From the IMG/VR virus record IMGVR_UViG_3300032234_000388, positions 32,001 to 96,000 of that record: a stretch of 64,000 bases of DNA; one strand, written 5' to 3'. Of the stretch, positions 36,577-46,050 are shown piece after piece. Below the pieces are notes generated by a model. The model did not search any database and had not been told where the DNA came from. It worked only from the letters and a program-made list of their open reading frames with translations. A program made the translations under genes and the position numbers. Position 1 is the stretch's first letter; every line of letters starts with the position of its first letter. The DNA is from a virus. Its lineage: Duplodnaviria; Caudoviricetes.

Positions 36577-37557
36577 TTACTTCTGACGATTGCGAATCAT
36601 TGCAAGAATGTCTTGCGCACGACTAGCACCTTCTGCTGATGCTGCTGGCTGAGCTGCCGGAGCACTAGTTGTTGGTGCTGGCTCATCATCGATTTGATCA
36701 TCGATAGGAGCTGCTGCCGGAGTACGAGCTGCTGCCGGCTTGTTAGGATCGCCAGTCACTTGTCCCATGCCTGCTGGTTTGAAGTATTGACCCCAACGAT
36801 CCATGTCATAGGCTTCGCCGTCGACTGATGCTTCGAACATTTCTTTCATTACCTTAAGCTCAACATCAGTTGGCTTCTTAGGAAGAAAATCGCTTAGATT
36901 ATGAAGACCGTGTGCTTCAATAGCTGCAGTTTCTTCTGCTGTCAATGAACGCTCACGACGGCTCCACTTTGAAGTAGAGTAGTCTGCGAAACCGCCTTTG
37001 CTGGTTTTAGCAATACGGAAGTCTAGACCTTTGAGAGCATCAGTTGGCAACTCATCTAACTCAGGATCCATCAATGCTGAACGGATGATCTGATAGATCT
37101 GAGGACCAATGATAAATCTGCGAATTGGGTTCTCTGGAACTTTGTCTTCCTTGATAGGATCTTCAACTACAAAGCCTTGGAAAATGTAAGAACGTTTCTT
37201 CCAATACTTACGACCCATTTCTTCTAGTGACTTGTCTTTGAACCAACCACGCACTTCTGAAAGAATTGGACATACTGAACCATCGTTGTACATTTCAACG
37301 CATGGAACTTGTACCTGTACTGGACGTGAATCTGTTTCACCTTTGATACCGGCGAACGGAAGTTTGATCATTGCACGTTCTACCCAGAAGAATGTGTTGT
37401 TTGGATTACCGTCTGGCAATAAGCGTACTACCGCCTCTTTGCCTTCTTGCATATTCCAGTGTGGGTAAATTGCGTTGTCGCCGCCGCCTGTTGATTGTCC
37501 TGTGGACTTTGATTGTGCTTCTTGAAGTTTTGCACGAATTTCTGCTAATGTTGCCAT
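36577..37557 (-). CDS. gp32: single-stranded DNA-binding protein (T4 gp32-like)
   Basis: VRLLP, CPI, KTSKGGFADYSTSKW; strong GGAGG SD. Confidence 0.85.
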   Translation of the reverse strand: MATLAEIRAKLQEAQSKSTGQSTGGGDNAIYPHWNMQEGKEAVVRLLPDGNPNNTFFWVERAMIKLPFAGIKGETDSRPVQVQVPCVEMYNDGSVCPILSEVRGWFKDKSLEEMGRKYWKKRSYIFQGFVVEDPIKEDKVPENPIRRFIIGPQIYQIIRSALMDPELDELPTDALKGLDFRIAKTSKGGFADYSTSKWSRRERSLTAEETAAIEAHGLHNLSDFLPKKPTDVELKVMKEMFEASVDGEAYDMDRWGQYFKPAGMGQVTGDPNKPAAARTPAAAPIDDQIDDEPAPTTSAPAAQPAASAEGASRAQDILAMIRNRQK

Positions 37558-37614
37558 TGTATTTGCCTCCTAAGCCTAAAATGGTTTTTACTACATGCCT
37601 TTCGCATAACAACT

Positions 37615-37643
37615 ATTATGCGCTTTTTATTTAGCAAAGTCAA
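37615..37643 (-). promoter_or_regulatory. sigma70 promoter with nested TAAATA for gp32
   Basis: TTGACT-17-CATAAT; TAAATA at 37628-37633. Confidence 0.65.
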
Positions 37644-37685
37644 AGATTTTGCAAAATATTTTGGTTCAATTTAACCAAAAAGAAA

Positions 37686-37700
37686 GGGCACCTAGTGCCC
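37686..37700 (-). terminator. intrinsic terminator
   Basis: GGGCAC/GTGCCC stem, TTTCTTTT on - strand. Confidence 0.7.
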
Positions 37701-37726
37701 CCTTCTTTAGTACTGCCGACGAATTC

Positions 37727-39595
37727 TTACATGCCTGATAGTTCTTTAATACGAGCTAGTTCAGCTAATTCTGGATTTTGTTCTGTTGTTTGCTGTGGTG
37801 CCATGCGTTCTACAAATTTACGAGCAACGTGTTCTGCCTGTTCTCCAAACTTCTTGCCTACCATTGTGCAAACACCTTCTGGTCCCTTAGGGAATGTGCC
37901 TGAATCTTTGTCGTAAAATGAAGTGATAAATTCTGCTAATTCTTGAACATTCATTTTGCCTGACTCTTGTTCTTCGCTGCCTTCATCTGTTTCGCCGCGA
38001 TTCTTAGCCAGTGTATCTTTGTGGCTAAGTTTGCCTGCTGATTTTTCTTTTTCAAGATCTTTTAAAGTCAATGGCTCTTCACCTTTTTGCTTGCGTAGGT
38101 ATGCTGGAACATCGCTTTTCTTAACATCTTCCTGTTGTCCATACGCAACTGCATCGTTGTCTGCTGCTTGATCAGCATAGGCCATTGGATCTTCAATGTC
38201 ACCAAAATCAATTTGTTCTAGTGTTTCTGGAGCATTGGCATTTAACCAATCTTGTACAATCTGTCGAACATCTGCGTTTGCATCTTGTTTAGCTGTTTCT
38301 TTGATCTGATTGTATAGTGAGGGATCTTCGATAATGCCTTTTAGACTTTCAATAGCATTGGTTCCATCTACACCTGCTGGAAACACGTCTCCAACTAGCT
38401 CTTGTAGATTTTGAATTGCTGCCGCTTGTTCTTGTGGATCTTCGCTAACGATGGCTGAATCTTCACCTAAGCTCATAACCCAATTTTCAAACTTGGCAAA
38501 CGGGTCATTATCTTCTAAATCGATTTCAACATCTTCATTGGCTATTTCTTCTTGTGTGGTCATAGCGACTATGTCGTCGTAGCCTATTGTGTTTCCTTCT
38601 TTCATTAGTCTATATAAGACCGGAAATACACTTGCGATATCTTCTTTAAAGTTTTTAACTGTGAATTGATCTGTAAATTGTTCTACTACATCTTGTGGAA
38701 CTTCTAATGGCTGTTGCTCCTGAAATGATTCTTTATAAGCCTCATAATGACTTTGCTTTGACAGTGCTCTAACTTGCTCACGCAATCTGTTTAACTGCTC
38801 AGATGATCTTTCTACAACATTGTTGGTCTCAGAGTTCATTAGGTCATTGCGAACAACATAGTTGCCAAAGCTCTTGAGTTGTGCAATCTCTTCACTCATA
38901 CGGATGATGCTTTCGCCAATTGCATCGTAAGGTACACCACCGTTGGCTACATGGCGTTGCATTGCCCGAGCACCTGCTAGGTGAATGAACGGATATTTAA
39001 AACGCTCACCGTCTGCATTTTCAACAAATAGTCCAGCAATATTACGACTTCTAGCACCAGGTGCCATGTCGTCACTTAGTTGCTGACTGTGTTTGATAAT
39101 TAGGCGTGTGTTTTCCAGCTTTTGGTAGCTAACTGTTTTAGTACCGTACATTGTGCTTTCACTCATAATACTTTCTCCGACGGGGTTTTGTATAGTGTTT
39201 GGTTCTGTTTGTTTGGGTTGTGCATTTTGACTTAGGAATGCATAATCTCTTTTATCAAGATTATCTTTAGCAATATCTCTAGTGTCGAAGCTCAATAGTC
39301 TGCGTTTAGCAAACGTCCGTAATTCTTTTAAGAAACCGTACCAGTTGTCTTTCTGACCATCATCCATTGATTCTGTAATGCCATTGCTGAAATAAACTTT
39401 CATAGAATTGGGTTCTGCTAGACTAATGCTAACATGTCCAATTGGTTGTTCACCTTCCATATAGTCAAAATCGAAGAAGCGGGCTTCTTCAGGCATGATA
39501 GTAATAGCACCAGTTTCTGCGCCCAGTTTAAGGCCAGAAAATCTGCTGCGAATTTTATAGAATAAATCTTGTGCGATATTGTTTCTTGCGTCCAT
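37727..39595 (-). CDS. large acidic late protein, probably head-associated
   Basis: TAAATA 5 nt before ATG 39595; next to terminase; C-terminal ELARIKELSGM. Confidence 0.7.
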   Translation of the reverse strand: MDARNNIAQDLFYKIRSRFSGLKLGAETGAITIMPEEARFFDFDYMEGEQPIGHVSISLAEPNSMKVYFSNGITESMDDGQKDNWYGFLKELRTFAKRRLLSFDTRDIAKDNLDKRDYAFLSQNAQPKQTEPNTIQNPVGESIMSESTMYGTKTVSYQKLENTRLIIKHSQQLSDDMAPGARSRNIAGLFVENADGERFKYPFIHLAGARAMQRHVANGGVPYDAIGESIIRMSEEIAQLKSFGNYVVRNDLMNSETNNVVERSSEQLNRLREQVRALSKQSHYEAYKESFQEQQPLEVPQDVVEQFTDQFTVKNFKEDIASVFPVLYRLMKEGNTIGYDDIVAMTTQEEIANEDVEIDLEDNDPFAKFENWVMSLGEDSAIVSEDPQEQAAAIQNLQELVGDVFPAGVDGTNAIESLKGIIEDPSLYNQIKETAKQDANADVRQIVQDWLNANAPETLEQIDFGDIEDPMAYADQAADNDAVAYGQQEDVKKSDVPAYLRKQKGEEPLTLKDLEKEKSAGKLSHKDTLAKNRGETDEGSEEQESGKMNVQELAEFITSFYDKDSGTFPKGPEGVCTMVGKKFGEQAEHVARKFVERMAPQQTTEQNPELAELARIKELSGM

Positions 39596-39606
39596 AAGTG
39601 TATTTA

Positions 39607-41193
39607 TCAAAGGCCCATACTAACAAAGATAGGCATTGGCATCTGCTCTTCCGAGATTTTTTCAGTCATTTTGTCGTAAATGTGCGGATCCCAGTCTGCA
39701 AGCACATTGGCCATACGTATAATCAATAGGGTAGCACTGACTAAGTCATCGTGCTCACCGGTTTTTGCTCCAAATCCAACACCGTGTGCTACAAAGGTTT
39801 TTAACTCCGAAATCAACGGTTTAGATTTTAATATCATCTTGTTTGTTTCTAACATGTTTTTAAGTTGACTGCAACAGGTAATTTTTGAACGATGAGTAGT
39901 ATTAAATCCTTTACGGAATTTACGTACATGACCCTTACGCATAGGTTCACTTAGAAATAAGCCATGAAAGTTTTCTTCACCTAGATCGCTAATAACAATC
40001 AATGCTGCTTCACCTAGAGTATTGTTTTCTACCGAATAATAAATTTGTGGAGTCCCACCTTTTTCGACTCCCCTGTCGTTAATATACCTTAGTATTTCTC
40101 GCATGTGTTTGACTTGAGCCTGTATTGGTGTTAGATTGTGATGCCATTCTGCTACCTGTACCATAGAGGGCATTTCAAATACTTGTATGGCTCCATAGTC
40201 TCCGCCTGTGCCTAGACTAGGATCAAGAGCCACTAGATATGTTGCTTTGGGATCTATGTCTTTATACCAACGAGTTTGACCCATGGTCATTGTTGGATCA
40301 ACTCCTTTCATTTCTGCTAGACGTACAGCATTAACTAGAGTTTCATCAAAGATCAAGAATTCGCAATCAAATTCTCTACGGAAACGCTCTTCACCAATCT
40401 TGGCACGTTCTGTTTGTGCCCATGCTTCGTCACGATCTGGGTGTTCATTCCAATGTGCAAAAAAACTATGAAATCCGTTGGTGCCTAACTTTTGTTCATT
40501 ACCGTACTCGTCAAATCTTTTGTTAGCTTCAGTCCAGATTAACGCAAACTGATCTTCGTCCGAGTTTGGAGTTGATGTAATAATACACTTACCACCTGTT
40601 GACAATGTTGGTGATAACGCAGTCCAAAACTCTTTGGCTTTCTCTGGCGGTTGCACAAACGCAAACTCATCACAATAGATCAATGAAAGAGATTTACCGC
40701 GACCAGTATTTTCAGTTGTAGTAGTTGCCTGTATACGTGATCCGTTATCATACTCGATTGAATTTCTATTATAGGTATAAACGCCCGCTCGGATAAAGTC
40801 AGGCAAGTTCTCATATCCAAATCGATAACGATTCATGATGTCCTGCGCACCTTCATACTTGTGAGCAGCAATTAGTACCTGTGCCTCAGGAATAAACATT
40901 GTGTACCATAACAGATAGCCAGTAGCACAGGTAGTTTTACCCATTTGGCGAGGCAACATAGCAATACACTGTTTGTTAGAATGATAAGATTCAATTAGCC
41001 GTTCTTGAAATTCATACGGTTCGAATGGAATAGAACCGCGTGTTGGATGCTGAATCTTTAAAAAGTTTTTACAAAAATACAAAGGACCAGTAATTGGATC
41101 CATGCAGGCTTCGAGATGCTTGACTTCCTCTAGAGTATATTTCTGAGGAGCATGAGCTTTTTTAATTAAATTACCGTCGAGACTTTTTCCCAT
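39607..41193 (-). CDS. gp17: terminase large subunit (T4 gp17-like)
   Basis: PRQMGKT, IYCDEFAF, TSTPN, LDPS, VENN, HDDLV. Confidence 0.95.
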   Translation of the reverse strand: MGKSLDGNLIKKAHAPQKYTLEEVKHLEACMDPITGPLYFCKNFLKIQHPTRGSIPFEPYEFQERLIESYHSNKQCIAMLPRQMGKTTCATGYLLWYTMFIPEAQVLIAAHKYEGAQDIMNRYRFGYENLPDFIRAGVYTYNRNSIEYDNGSRIQATTTTENTGRGKSLSLIYCDEFAFVQPPEKAKEFWTALSPTLSTGGKCIITSTPNSDEDQFALIWTEANKRFDEYGNEQKLGTNGFHSFFAHWNEHPDRDEAWAQTERAKIGEERFRREFDCEFLIFDETLVNAVRLAEMKGVDPTMTMGQTRWYKDIDPKATYLVALDPSLGTGGDYGAIQVFEMPSMVQVAEWHHNLTPIQAQVKHMREILRYINDRGVEKGGTPQIYYSVENNTLGEAALIVISDLGEENFHGLFLSEPMRKGHVRKFRKGFNTTHRSKITCCSQLKNMLETNKMILKSKPLISELKTFVAHGVGFGAKTGEHDDLVSATLLIIRMANVLADWDPHIYDKMTEKISEEQMPMPIFVSMGL

Positions 41194-41210
41194 ACTTTAT
41201 TTACTGAAAA

Positions 41211-41234
41211 AAATAGGCTCCGAAGAGCCTATTT
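41211..41234 (-). terminator. intrinsic terminator with cUUCGg tetraloop
   Basis: AAATAGGCTC-TTCG-GAGCCTATTT plus T-run on - strand. Confidence 0.88.
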
Positions 41235-41250
41235 GGTTTTATTTATAAAA

Positions 41251-41700
41251 TTAATTAAATGACAAACCTGTTAGTGTACTGTTAGTCACTGTAACGTCAT
41301 TTTCAGCTGTTCCTAGCGCAATACGAATTTCATCTTCAATGTTTTCGTAGCTACCGTCAGCTGAGCTTGATGCTCCAAAACCGTCACCAGTATCTGTTTT
41401 ATTAAGATGTACTAGTGCAATAAATTGATTAGCACCACTTGCTGTAGGAATTCCAACATAATACACTTCGGCTAGATCTTGCAGAGCTGTAACTGCTTTG
41501 TACAAGTTGCTGTTAGCCACTGTTGGAGTGGTAGTAAAATTAATTGTTGCAGAGACAATTTTTAAGGCCTGTAATTGCGGTGTTCCAAATCTTGTGTAAG
41601 GTCCAACACCGGAGGCTCCATCGCCTAATAATCTTCTTGCGTTGGCATCAACATTACCTGATACGCCGCCACCAATTGCTACTCCGTATAAATCAGCCAT
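41251..41700 (-). CDS. putative virion protein
   Basis: Ala/Gly/Thr-rich; AAAGGAG SD; late operon. Confidence 0.65.
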   Translation of the reverse strand: MADLYGVAIGGGVSGNVDANARRLLGDGASGVGPYTRFGTPQLQALKIVSATINFTTTPTVANSNLYKAVTALQDLAEVYYVGIPTASGANQFIALVHLNKTDTGDGFGASSSADGSYENIEDEIRIALGTAENDVTVTNSTLTGLSFN

Positions 41701-42380
41701 TATTTTGCTCCTTTAGCTTCTGCTAATCTTTGTTGTAATTCTGCACGAATTTGACTACGTAAGTCTGTTGATTCTGCAGCCATTGCGTTATCACCGCCTG
41801 CTGCTGCTTTGTGCATTGATTTCTTTTTGTGTAGATCGTCGCCGTCACGAATTGCAGCATCCATATCCATAGTTTCTGGTTCGCTATCATCTAATGAATT
41901 ACCAAATGCTTCTTCTTTGTCTTTTTTCTTCTCCATGTCATGATCATCCATGTCATGGTCGCCGTCACCGTCTTGATCAAGACCCTTAATTTCCATGTCT
42001 TTCTCGCCGCCTGGCATATCATCGTTGTCTGCATCTAAATCAGGCAACATCTTTAACGGTGGTAGTTCTGGTTTGATGCTATCAATGCTTGGTCCTGGAC
42101 CAGTTAAACTAGGCATTGGAGGCATACCGCCTTGTGGCTGATTAATCATATCAGGATTAACCTTGGTCATCAACTTCATTAGGCTTTCGATGTTGTCCAT
42201 ACCTTGAGCATTTAGATTAACACTCATTGAAGGATGTGCTGGAGGTGGAGTTTGATCTGCCATTGGAGGAGTCATTCCCATCGGACCGCACTCGTCTACA
42301 TCTGCGGTTGGTGCTGCTATTGTTTCAGTTGTTGGTTGATCTAACTCAACCATCTTTGCTAGTAATTGTTGAAAATCCAT
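41700..42380 (-). CDS. acidic Pro/Met-rich low-complexity protein (possible prohead core or internal protein)
   Basis: DQDGDGDHDMDDHD; late operon. Confidence 0.6.
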   Translation of the reverse strand: MDFQQLLAKMVELDQPTTETIAAPTADVDECGPMGMTPPMADQTPPPAHPSMSVNLNAQGMDNIESLMKLMTKVNPDMINQPQGGMPPMPSLTGPGPSIDSIKPELPPLKMLPDLDADNDDMPGGEKDMEIKGLDQDGDGDHDMDDHDMEKKKDKEEAFGNSLDDSEPETMDMDAAIRDGDDLHKKKSMHKAAAGGDNAMAAESTDLRSQIRAELQQRLAEAKGAK

Positions 42381-42383
42381 TTA

Positions 42384-42950
42384 TTAACTCCCTAAGGCGC
42401 TCTTAACGCCAGTCTTATCTTGTTTGGCCTTAGGTAGTTTATATTCCCCTTGTCCGCTTTCTTTTTTTTGTTGTTTAGCAGTTTTGCTTAAATCTTTTAA
42501 GAAACCTTTGTTAAAATCATCACCAAAGTAATCTTTGTGTTTGATTTTTGTATTTGCTGCATCAAGATCGTTTTCGTCTAACAGTGCTTCGCCAGTTGGT
42601 TCAGCGGCAGCTAATATCTGCTCTTGTTCGCTAGGTTCATTTGCGCCGCGCACTCTAAAGCAAGCTTCGTCGATACCCATGTTTTTAACTTCTACTGTAA
42701 TTTCAGGACTAGTAACTGGATATTCGCAGATAACTTCAAACACTGTAACTTCCATGTTAGTCAGTTCTGGGAAATCTAGTGGGCTTTCTTGTATTGGTGT
42801 TGTGGTTAATTTTTTAACAGTCATTACACCGCAGCGGCCCAACCGTGCAGTTAGTCCTTCTTGAAATTTCTCAGGAAGTTCGCCAGCAACTTTTACCTTA
42901 AAGCTATAGACTTTTTTGCTTTCGGTAAGATATTCTTTAAAAGTTTTCAT
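42384..42950 (-). CDS. late protein with a T4 capsid-targeting-like N-terminus
   Basis: MKTFKEYLTES; TAAATA 5 nt upstream. Confidence 0.7.
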   Translation of the reverse strand: MKTFKEYLTESKKVYSFKVKVAGELPEKFQEGLTARLGRCGVMTVKKLTTTPIQESPLDFPELTNMEVTVFEVICEYPVTSPEITVEVKNMGIDEACFRVRGANEPSEQEQILAAAEPTGEALLDENDLDAANTKIKHKDYFGDDFNKGFLKDLSKTAKQQKKESGQGEYKLPKAKQDKTGVKSALGS

Positions 42951-42958
42951 AGTAATAT

Positions 42959-43441
42959 TTAGTCCTTTTGCCCTAATTTTTTAAGTAGCTCATTACGGTC
43001 AGTAATTACGTAACCCTGCCCATTGATAACATCGTTAGGGTCATCGTTAGAATCTTTGTCAATTTTTAACTTCTTAAGTTGTAAATCAACTGCTTTGAGT
43101 TTTTTGTCAATTTTGGCAGTTTTAGCTGCAATAGCATTGCCCATCATAGAGCTTGCTACTTCAAAAATACGTCCGCTGTAGCGAACTTCTACGTTCATAC
43201 CTAGATCCATTAGATCGTCATAGGCCTGTTCAGCTTTGGTAGCTAAGTGATCTAATTCTCGATCGTCTAATTCGTCCAATTCTTTAATCTGCGGCAGTCC
43301 GCGGGTAATTTCTTGAACTGCACGATATTGATCGTCGATACTGCGAACTTCCTGATGTACGGGTACTTTTACAGGTTCGGGAGCAGGTTCTACTGTTTCG
43401 GTAGTGTCTAAATTGAACAGTTCTTCTAGTTTTTTAGTCAT
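42959..43441 (-). CDS. putative terminase small subunit (T4 gp16-like)
   Basis: GRIFEVASSMM, coiled coil, C-terminal TDRNELLKKL; TAAGTA 4 nt before ATG 43441. Confidence 0.55.
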   Translation of the reverse strand: MTKKLEELFNLDTTETVEPAPEPVKVPVHQEVRSIDDQYRAVQEITRGLPQIKELDELDDRELDHLATKAEQAYDDLMDLGMNVEVRYSGRIFEVASSMMGNAIAAKTAKIDKKLKAVDLQLKKLKIDKDSNDDPNDVINGQGYVITDRNELLKKLGQKD

Positions 43442-43448
43442 ACTGTAC

Positions 43449-43886
43449 TTATTTCCGTTTGCCACCTTGGTGGAAAATATCGCCTTCGTTTACTATGCGA
43501 AATTTAATACCCTGCTGCTTGCACCAGGCGCCCGCAGCTTCCCATTTAGCTAGATTTTTAACATACTGTTCTTGATTGTATCGGCTTTTGCCCACACTTT
43601 CTAATTTGGTTTGACTTAACGGTTTTACTTCTACAACTTCTGCATGCTTACTTTGATTCTTGTCTATGTATACTACAAAAAAGTCTGGTACATAGATTGT
43701 ACTCTTACCAGTTAAGGGATCACGATAGGGAATCTGTATACTTTCACTAGCCCAACTCTGTACTCCGGGATGTTCGTCTAACATACGCATGAAAACAAAT
43801 TCCCACGAACTTCGAGCCAGCGGCATTTTCTTTCCTACATACTTGGCAGGATTTTTCATTTCAAATTTACCCTGTGCAAATTTCAT
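43449..43886 (-). CDS. gp4: head completion protein (T4 gp4-like, TnsA-type nuclease fold)
   Basis: RSSWE, WASE, YVPDF, EVKP, AKWEAA. Confidence 0.88.
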   Translation of the reverse strand: MKFAQGKFEMKNPAKYVGKKMPLARSSWEFVFMRMLDEHPGVQSWASESIQIPYRDPLTGKSTIYVPDFFVVYIDKNQSKHAEVVEVKPLSQTKLESVGKSRYNQEQYVKNLAKWEAAGAWCKQQGIKFRIVNEGDIFHQGGKRK

Positions 43887-43888
43887 AG

Positions 43889-44254
43889 TTAGGCCGCAAT
43901 GTTTCGTATTTGATTGGGTTTTACGTCTGTGGTTTTGTATCCTAGTATAGAAGTAGGAACACGATTGTTGTTAAGAATTTCACTTACCACTTGACTAAGT
44001 TGTGATCCAGTGAATGATTGTAGACTGTCTAGAATTTGACCGATTGGCGTGCCGTCTATTTTTGCTTGCCGTAGCAGAGTCATACTCACTGTAATAGCTG
44101 CGTCACCATCAAAACCTTTAGATTCAAAAAAGGCCTGTGTGTAATTAACATCGTTGGCATTGAACTCTAGTGCAGCTTCACCGTAGGATCCAAAATATAA
44201 TTTTGTACCGGCAGCACTGTCTTCAATCGGTTGGCTTGGTAAATTAGTTGCCAT
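43889..44254 (-). CDS. hypothetical virion-module protein
   Basis: late operon context. Confidence 0.65.
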   Translation of the reverse strand: MATNLPSQPIEDSAAGTKLYFGSYGEAALEFNANDVNYTQAFFESKGFDGDAAITVSMTLLRQAKIDGTPIGQILDSLQSFTGSQLSQVVSEILNNNRVPTSILGYKTTDVKPNQIRNIAA

Positions 44255-44255
44255 C

Positions 44256-45335
44256 TTAATCTCCGCCTAGTAAATTCCGTCGTACACCGGTAGTGGTTGG
44301 TTCGGTAGATGCACTTTTTGGAAACACGCTGCCTACAACTCCGCCTACGGTTGAAATTGCTGTGCCAATGTTTCGAGGATTGCTAAGAATATTAATAGCT
44401 TCTGATTTCAGCTGTGCTGACGACAGCTGTCTAACATTTTTATAGGTATTAATAGCACCAATGGCTGTGCCTAGGAATCCACCAACACTATCAAAAGCTA
44501 CTCCCGATCCAATACTTCCAAATATTTGTTCAATGCCGTCAAGTACACCGCCATCGCCTGTGAGTGTTGCTACTCCTCCGCCTGCTACGGAGATAGGACT
44601 TGGCACTGAATCGTAGTGCAGAGTGGCAAATCCTTTGGGATTATTATAACGAACCTGTCCTGCAGAATATTTTACTGCTTCGTATTCTAGACTCATGGTG
44701 TTGTCATTAAACTCTGAAGCAGCATAGTCCATGCTGCCGTGACTCCACGATTTGATTCTTGGATTGATCAGTGTGTATCCTAGGAATCGTCTACGACTCA
44801 TGGTATAGATACTCACACTTTTAAAGAAAGGCTCAGTGATGTCATTATCCATACCGTATCTAAAATTGTCTTTGACTGTTTTAGTTGGACGTAGATGATT
44901 GGCTTCATAAGCTGCCATTGGATTTTGTCTGTCGCCGATATAGTAGCCATAATAGATGGCCCACATAGCGTTGATTACTCCTGCAGCATCGTCGTGAAAG
45001 GTAAGATTCACTGGATCATAATTGATCTGTTTGTAAATTATTTTTTTTCTGTTGTATTGATTCTTAACCACAGAGTCAAACGAGTATTTAGGTAAGTCTG
45101 CAGCTTTGACTAATAGTCCTATTTCTTCTGCATGATTGTTTACAAAAGAAGGTGATCTAATAGCAAACTTGTTAAGCTCAAATCTCACATAATAGTTAAA
45201 TTTGGTGCGAGGCGCTAGCCTCATGCCGTTATCTATGAACAGTCGAGTAGCGTGTTGCCAATTGGCATGTTGCCCTTTGGGATTTAGTACTCCCTCTGCG
45301 ACACCGGTTAGAAACCTTGTAAAATATTTGGACAT
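44256..45335 (-). CDS. tail tube-like / baseplate tube initiator protein
   Basis: LVKAADLPK..YDPVNLTFHDD..LEYE gp19/gp54-like pattern. Confidence 0.65.
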   Translation of the reverse strand: MSKYFTRFLTGVAEGVLNPKGQHANWQHATRLFIDNGMRLAPRTKFNYYVRFELNKFAIRSPSFVNNHAEEIGLLVKAADLPKYSFDSVVKNQYNRKKIIYKQINYDPVNLTFHDDAAGVINAMWAIYYGYYIGDRQNPMAAYEANHLRPTKTVKDNFRYGMDNDITEPFFKSVSIYTMSRRRFLGYTLINPRIKSWSHGSMDYAASEFNDNTMSLEYEAVKYSAGQVRYNNPKGFATLHYDSVPSPISVAGGGVATLTGDGGVLDGIEQIFGSIGSGVAFDSVGGFLGTAIGAINTYKNVRQLSSAQLKSEAINILSNPRNIGTAISTVGGVVGSVFPKSASTEPTTTGVRRNLLGGD

Positions 45336-45355
45336 AATAATATTTATGTCACAAA

Positions 45356-45380
45356 AAAAGCTCGAATAAATCGAGCTTTT
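45356..45380 (-). terminator. intrinsic terminator after tail tube
   Basis: AAAAGCTCGA/TCGAGCTTTT stem. Confidence 0.8.
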
Positions 45381-45397
45381 CTTGAGTACAAGTTTAA

Positions 45398-46048
45398 TTA
45401 CCCTTGTGTTGTTGAAGCACCAGTTACAGCTGACCCAAGTGTACGGCCTACTGCTGCACCAATACCACCAATTGGGCTAGTTGCTGCGGAACCTGCTGCA
45501 AACTGTACCAAGTTATCGTAGGCCATTGTTAGTGCAACGGTCATGTGTTCGTTGGTAGCGTAGTTGGCATCACCGTAGTCTACGTTTTGTAGGAAACAGC
45601 CATACAGTTCAAATGTTTCTAGTGTTTCTGGAACCAATGTACCGTTGCCACCGTCTAATACTTCAATACGCATAGTAAACTTATAGTCAATACCTGAACG
45701 AGCGGATGCCTGTTCCATAAAGTCATATTGCTTCTGGATCTGTTGACCAACTAGTTTCTGTACTTGACCGCTGGCATCATCACGTAGTGTTAACGTTACG
45801 TTTTCTAGTGTGTACTTACCAGCAAGTTTTACTTTAGAGTTATAAACATCCAGTGTCATTTCTTCAAATGAAACTTTTGGTCTAGTAACTTCTTGAACCT
45901 GTTTGGTAAGTTCAGTTGCTGCGGCAACTCCAAACCCTAACAATGTGACCCTAAAGCGATATTTTAACTTAGGCATCAGCAGCACTTGCGTGCTGCCTGC
46001 TGTGTTTTGAGTTGGAATTCCTAGGTTGTTAAGCGATGTAATTGCCAT
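45398..46048 (-). CDS. gp19: tail tube protein (gp19-like)
   Basis: follows the sheath; VTRPKV..KLAGK..TLTLRDD..LYGCF..YD. Confidence 0.85.
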   Translation of the reverse strand: MAITSLNNLGIPTQNTAGSTQVLLMPKLKYRFRVTLLGFGVAAATELTKQVQEVTRPKVSFEEMTLDVYNSKVKLAGKYTLENVTLTLRDDASGQVQKLVGQQIQKQYDFMEQASARSGIDYKFTMRIEVLDGGNGTLVPETLETFELYGCFLQNVDYGDANYATNEHMTVALTMAYDNLVQFAAGSAATSPIGGIGAAVGRTLGSAVTGASTTQG

Positions 46049-46050
46049 TT

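Noticed and set aside
9103-41193. Inteins or introns in helicase, UvsW, UvsX or terminase
   Set aside because: All are normal length with contiguous motifs.
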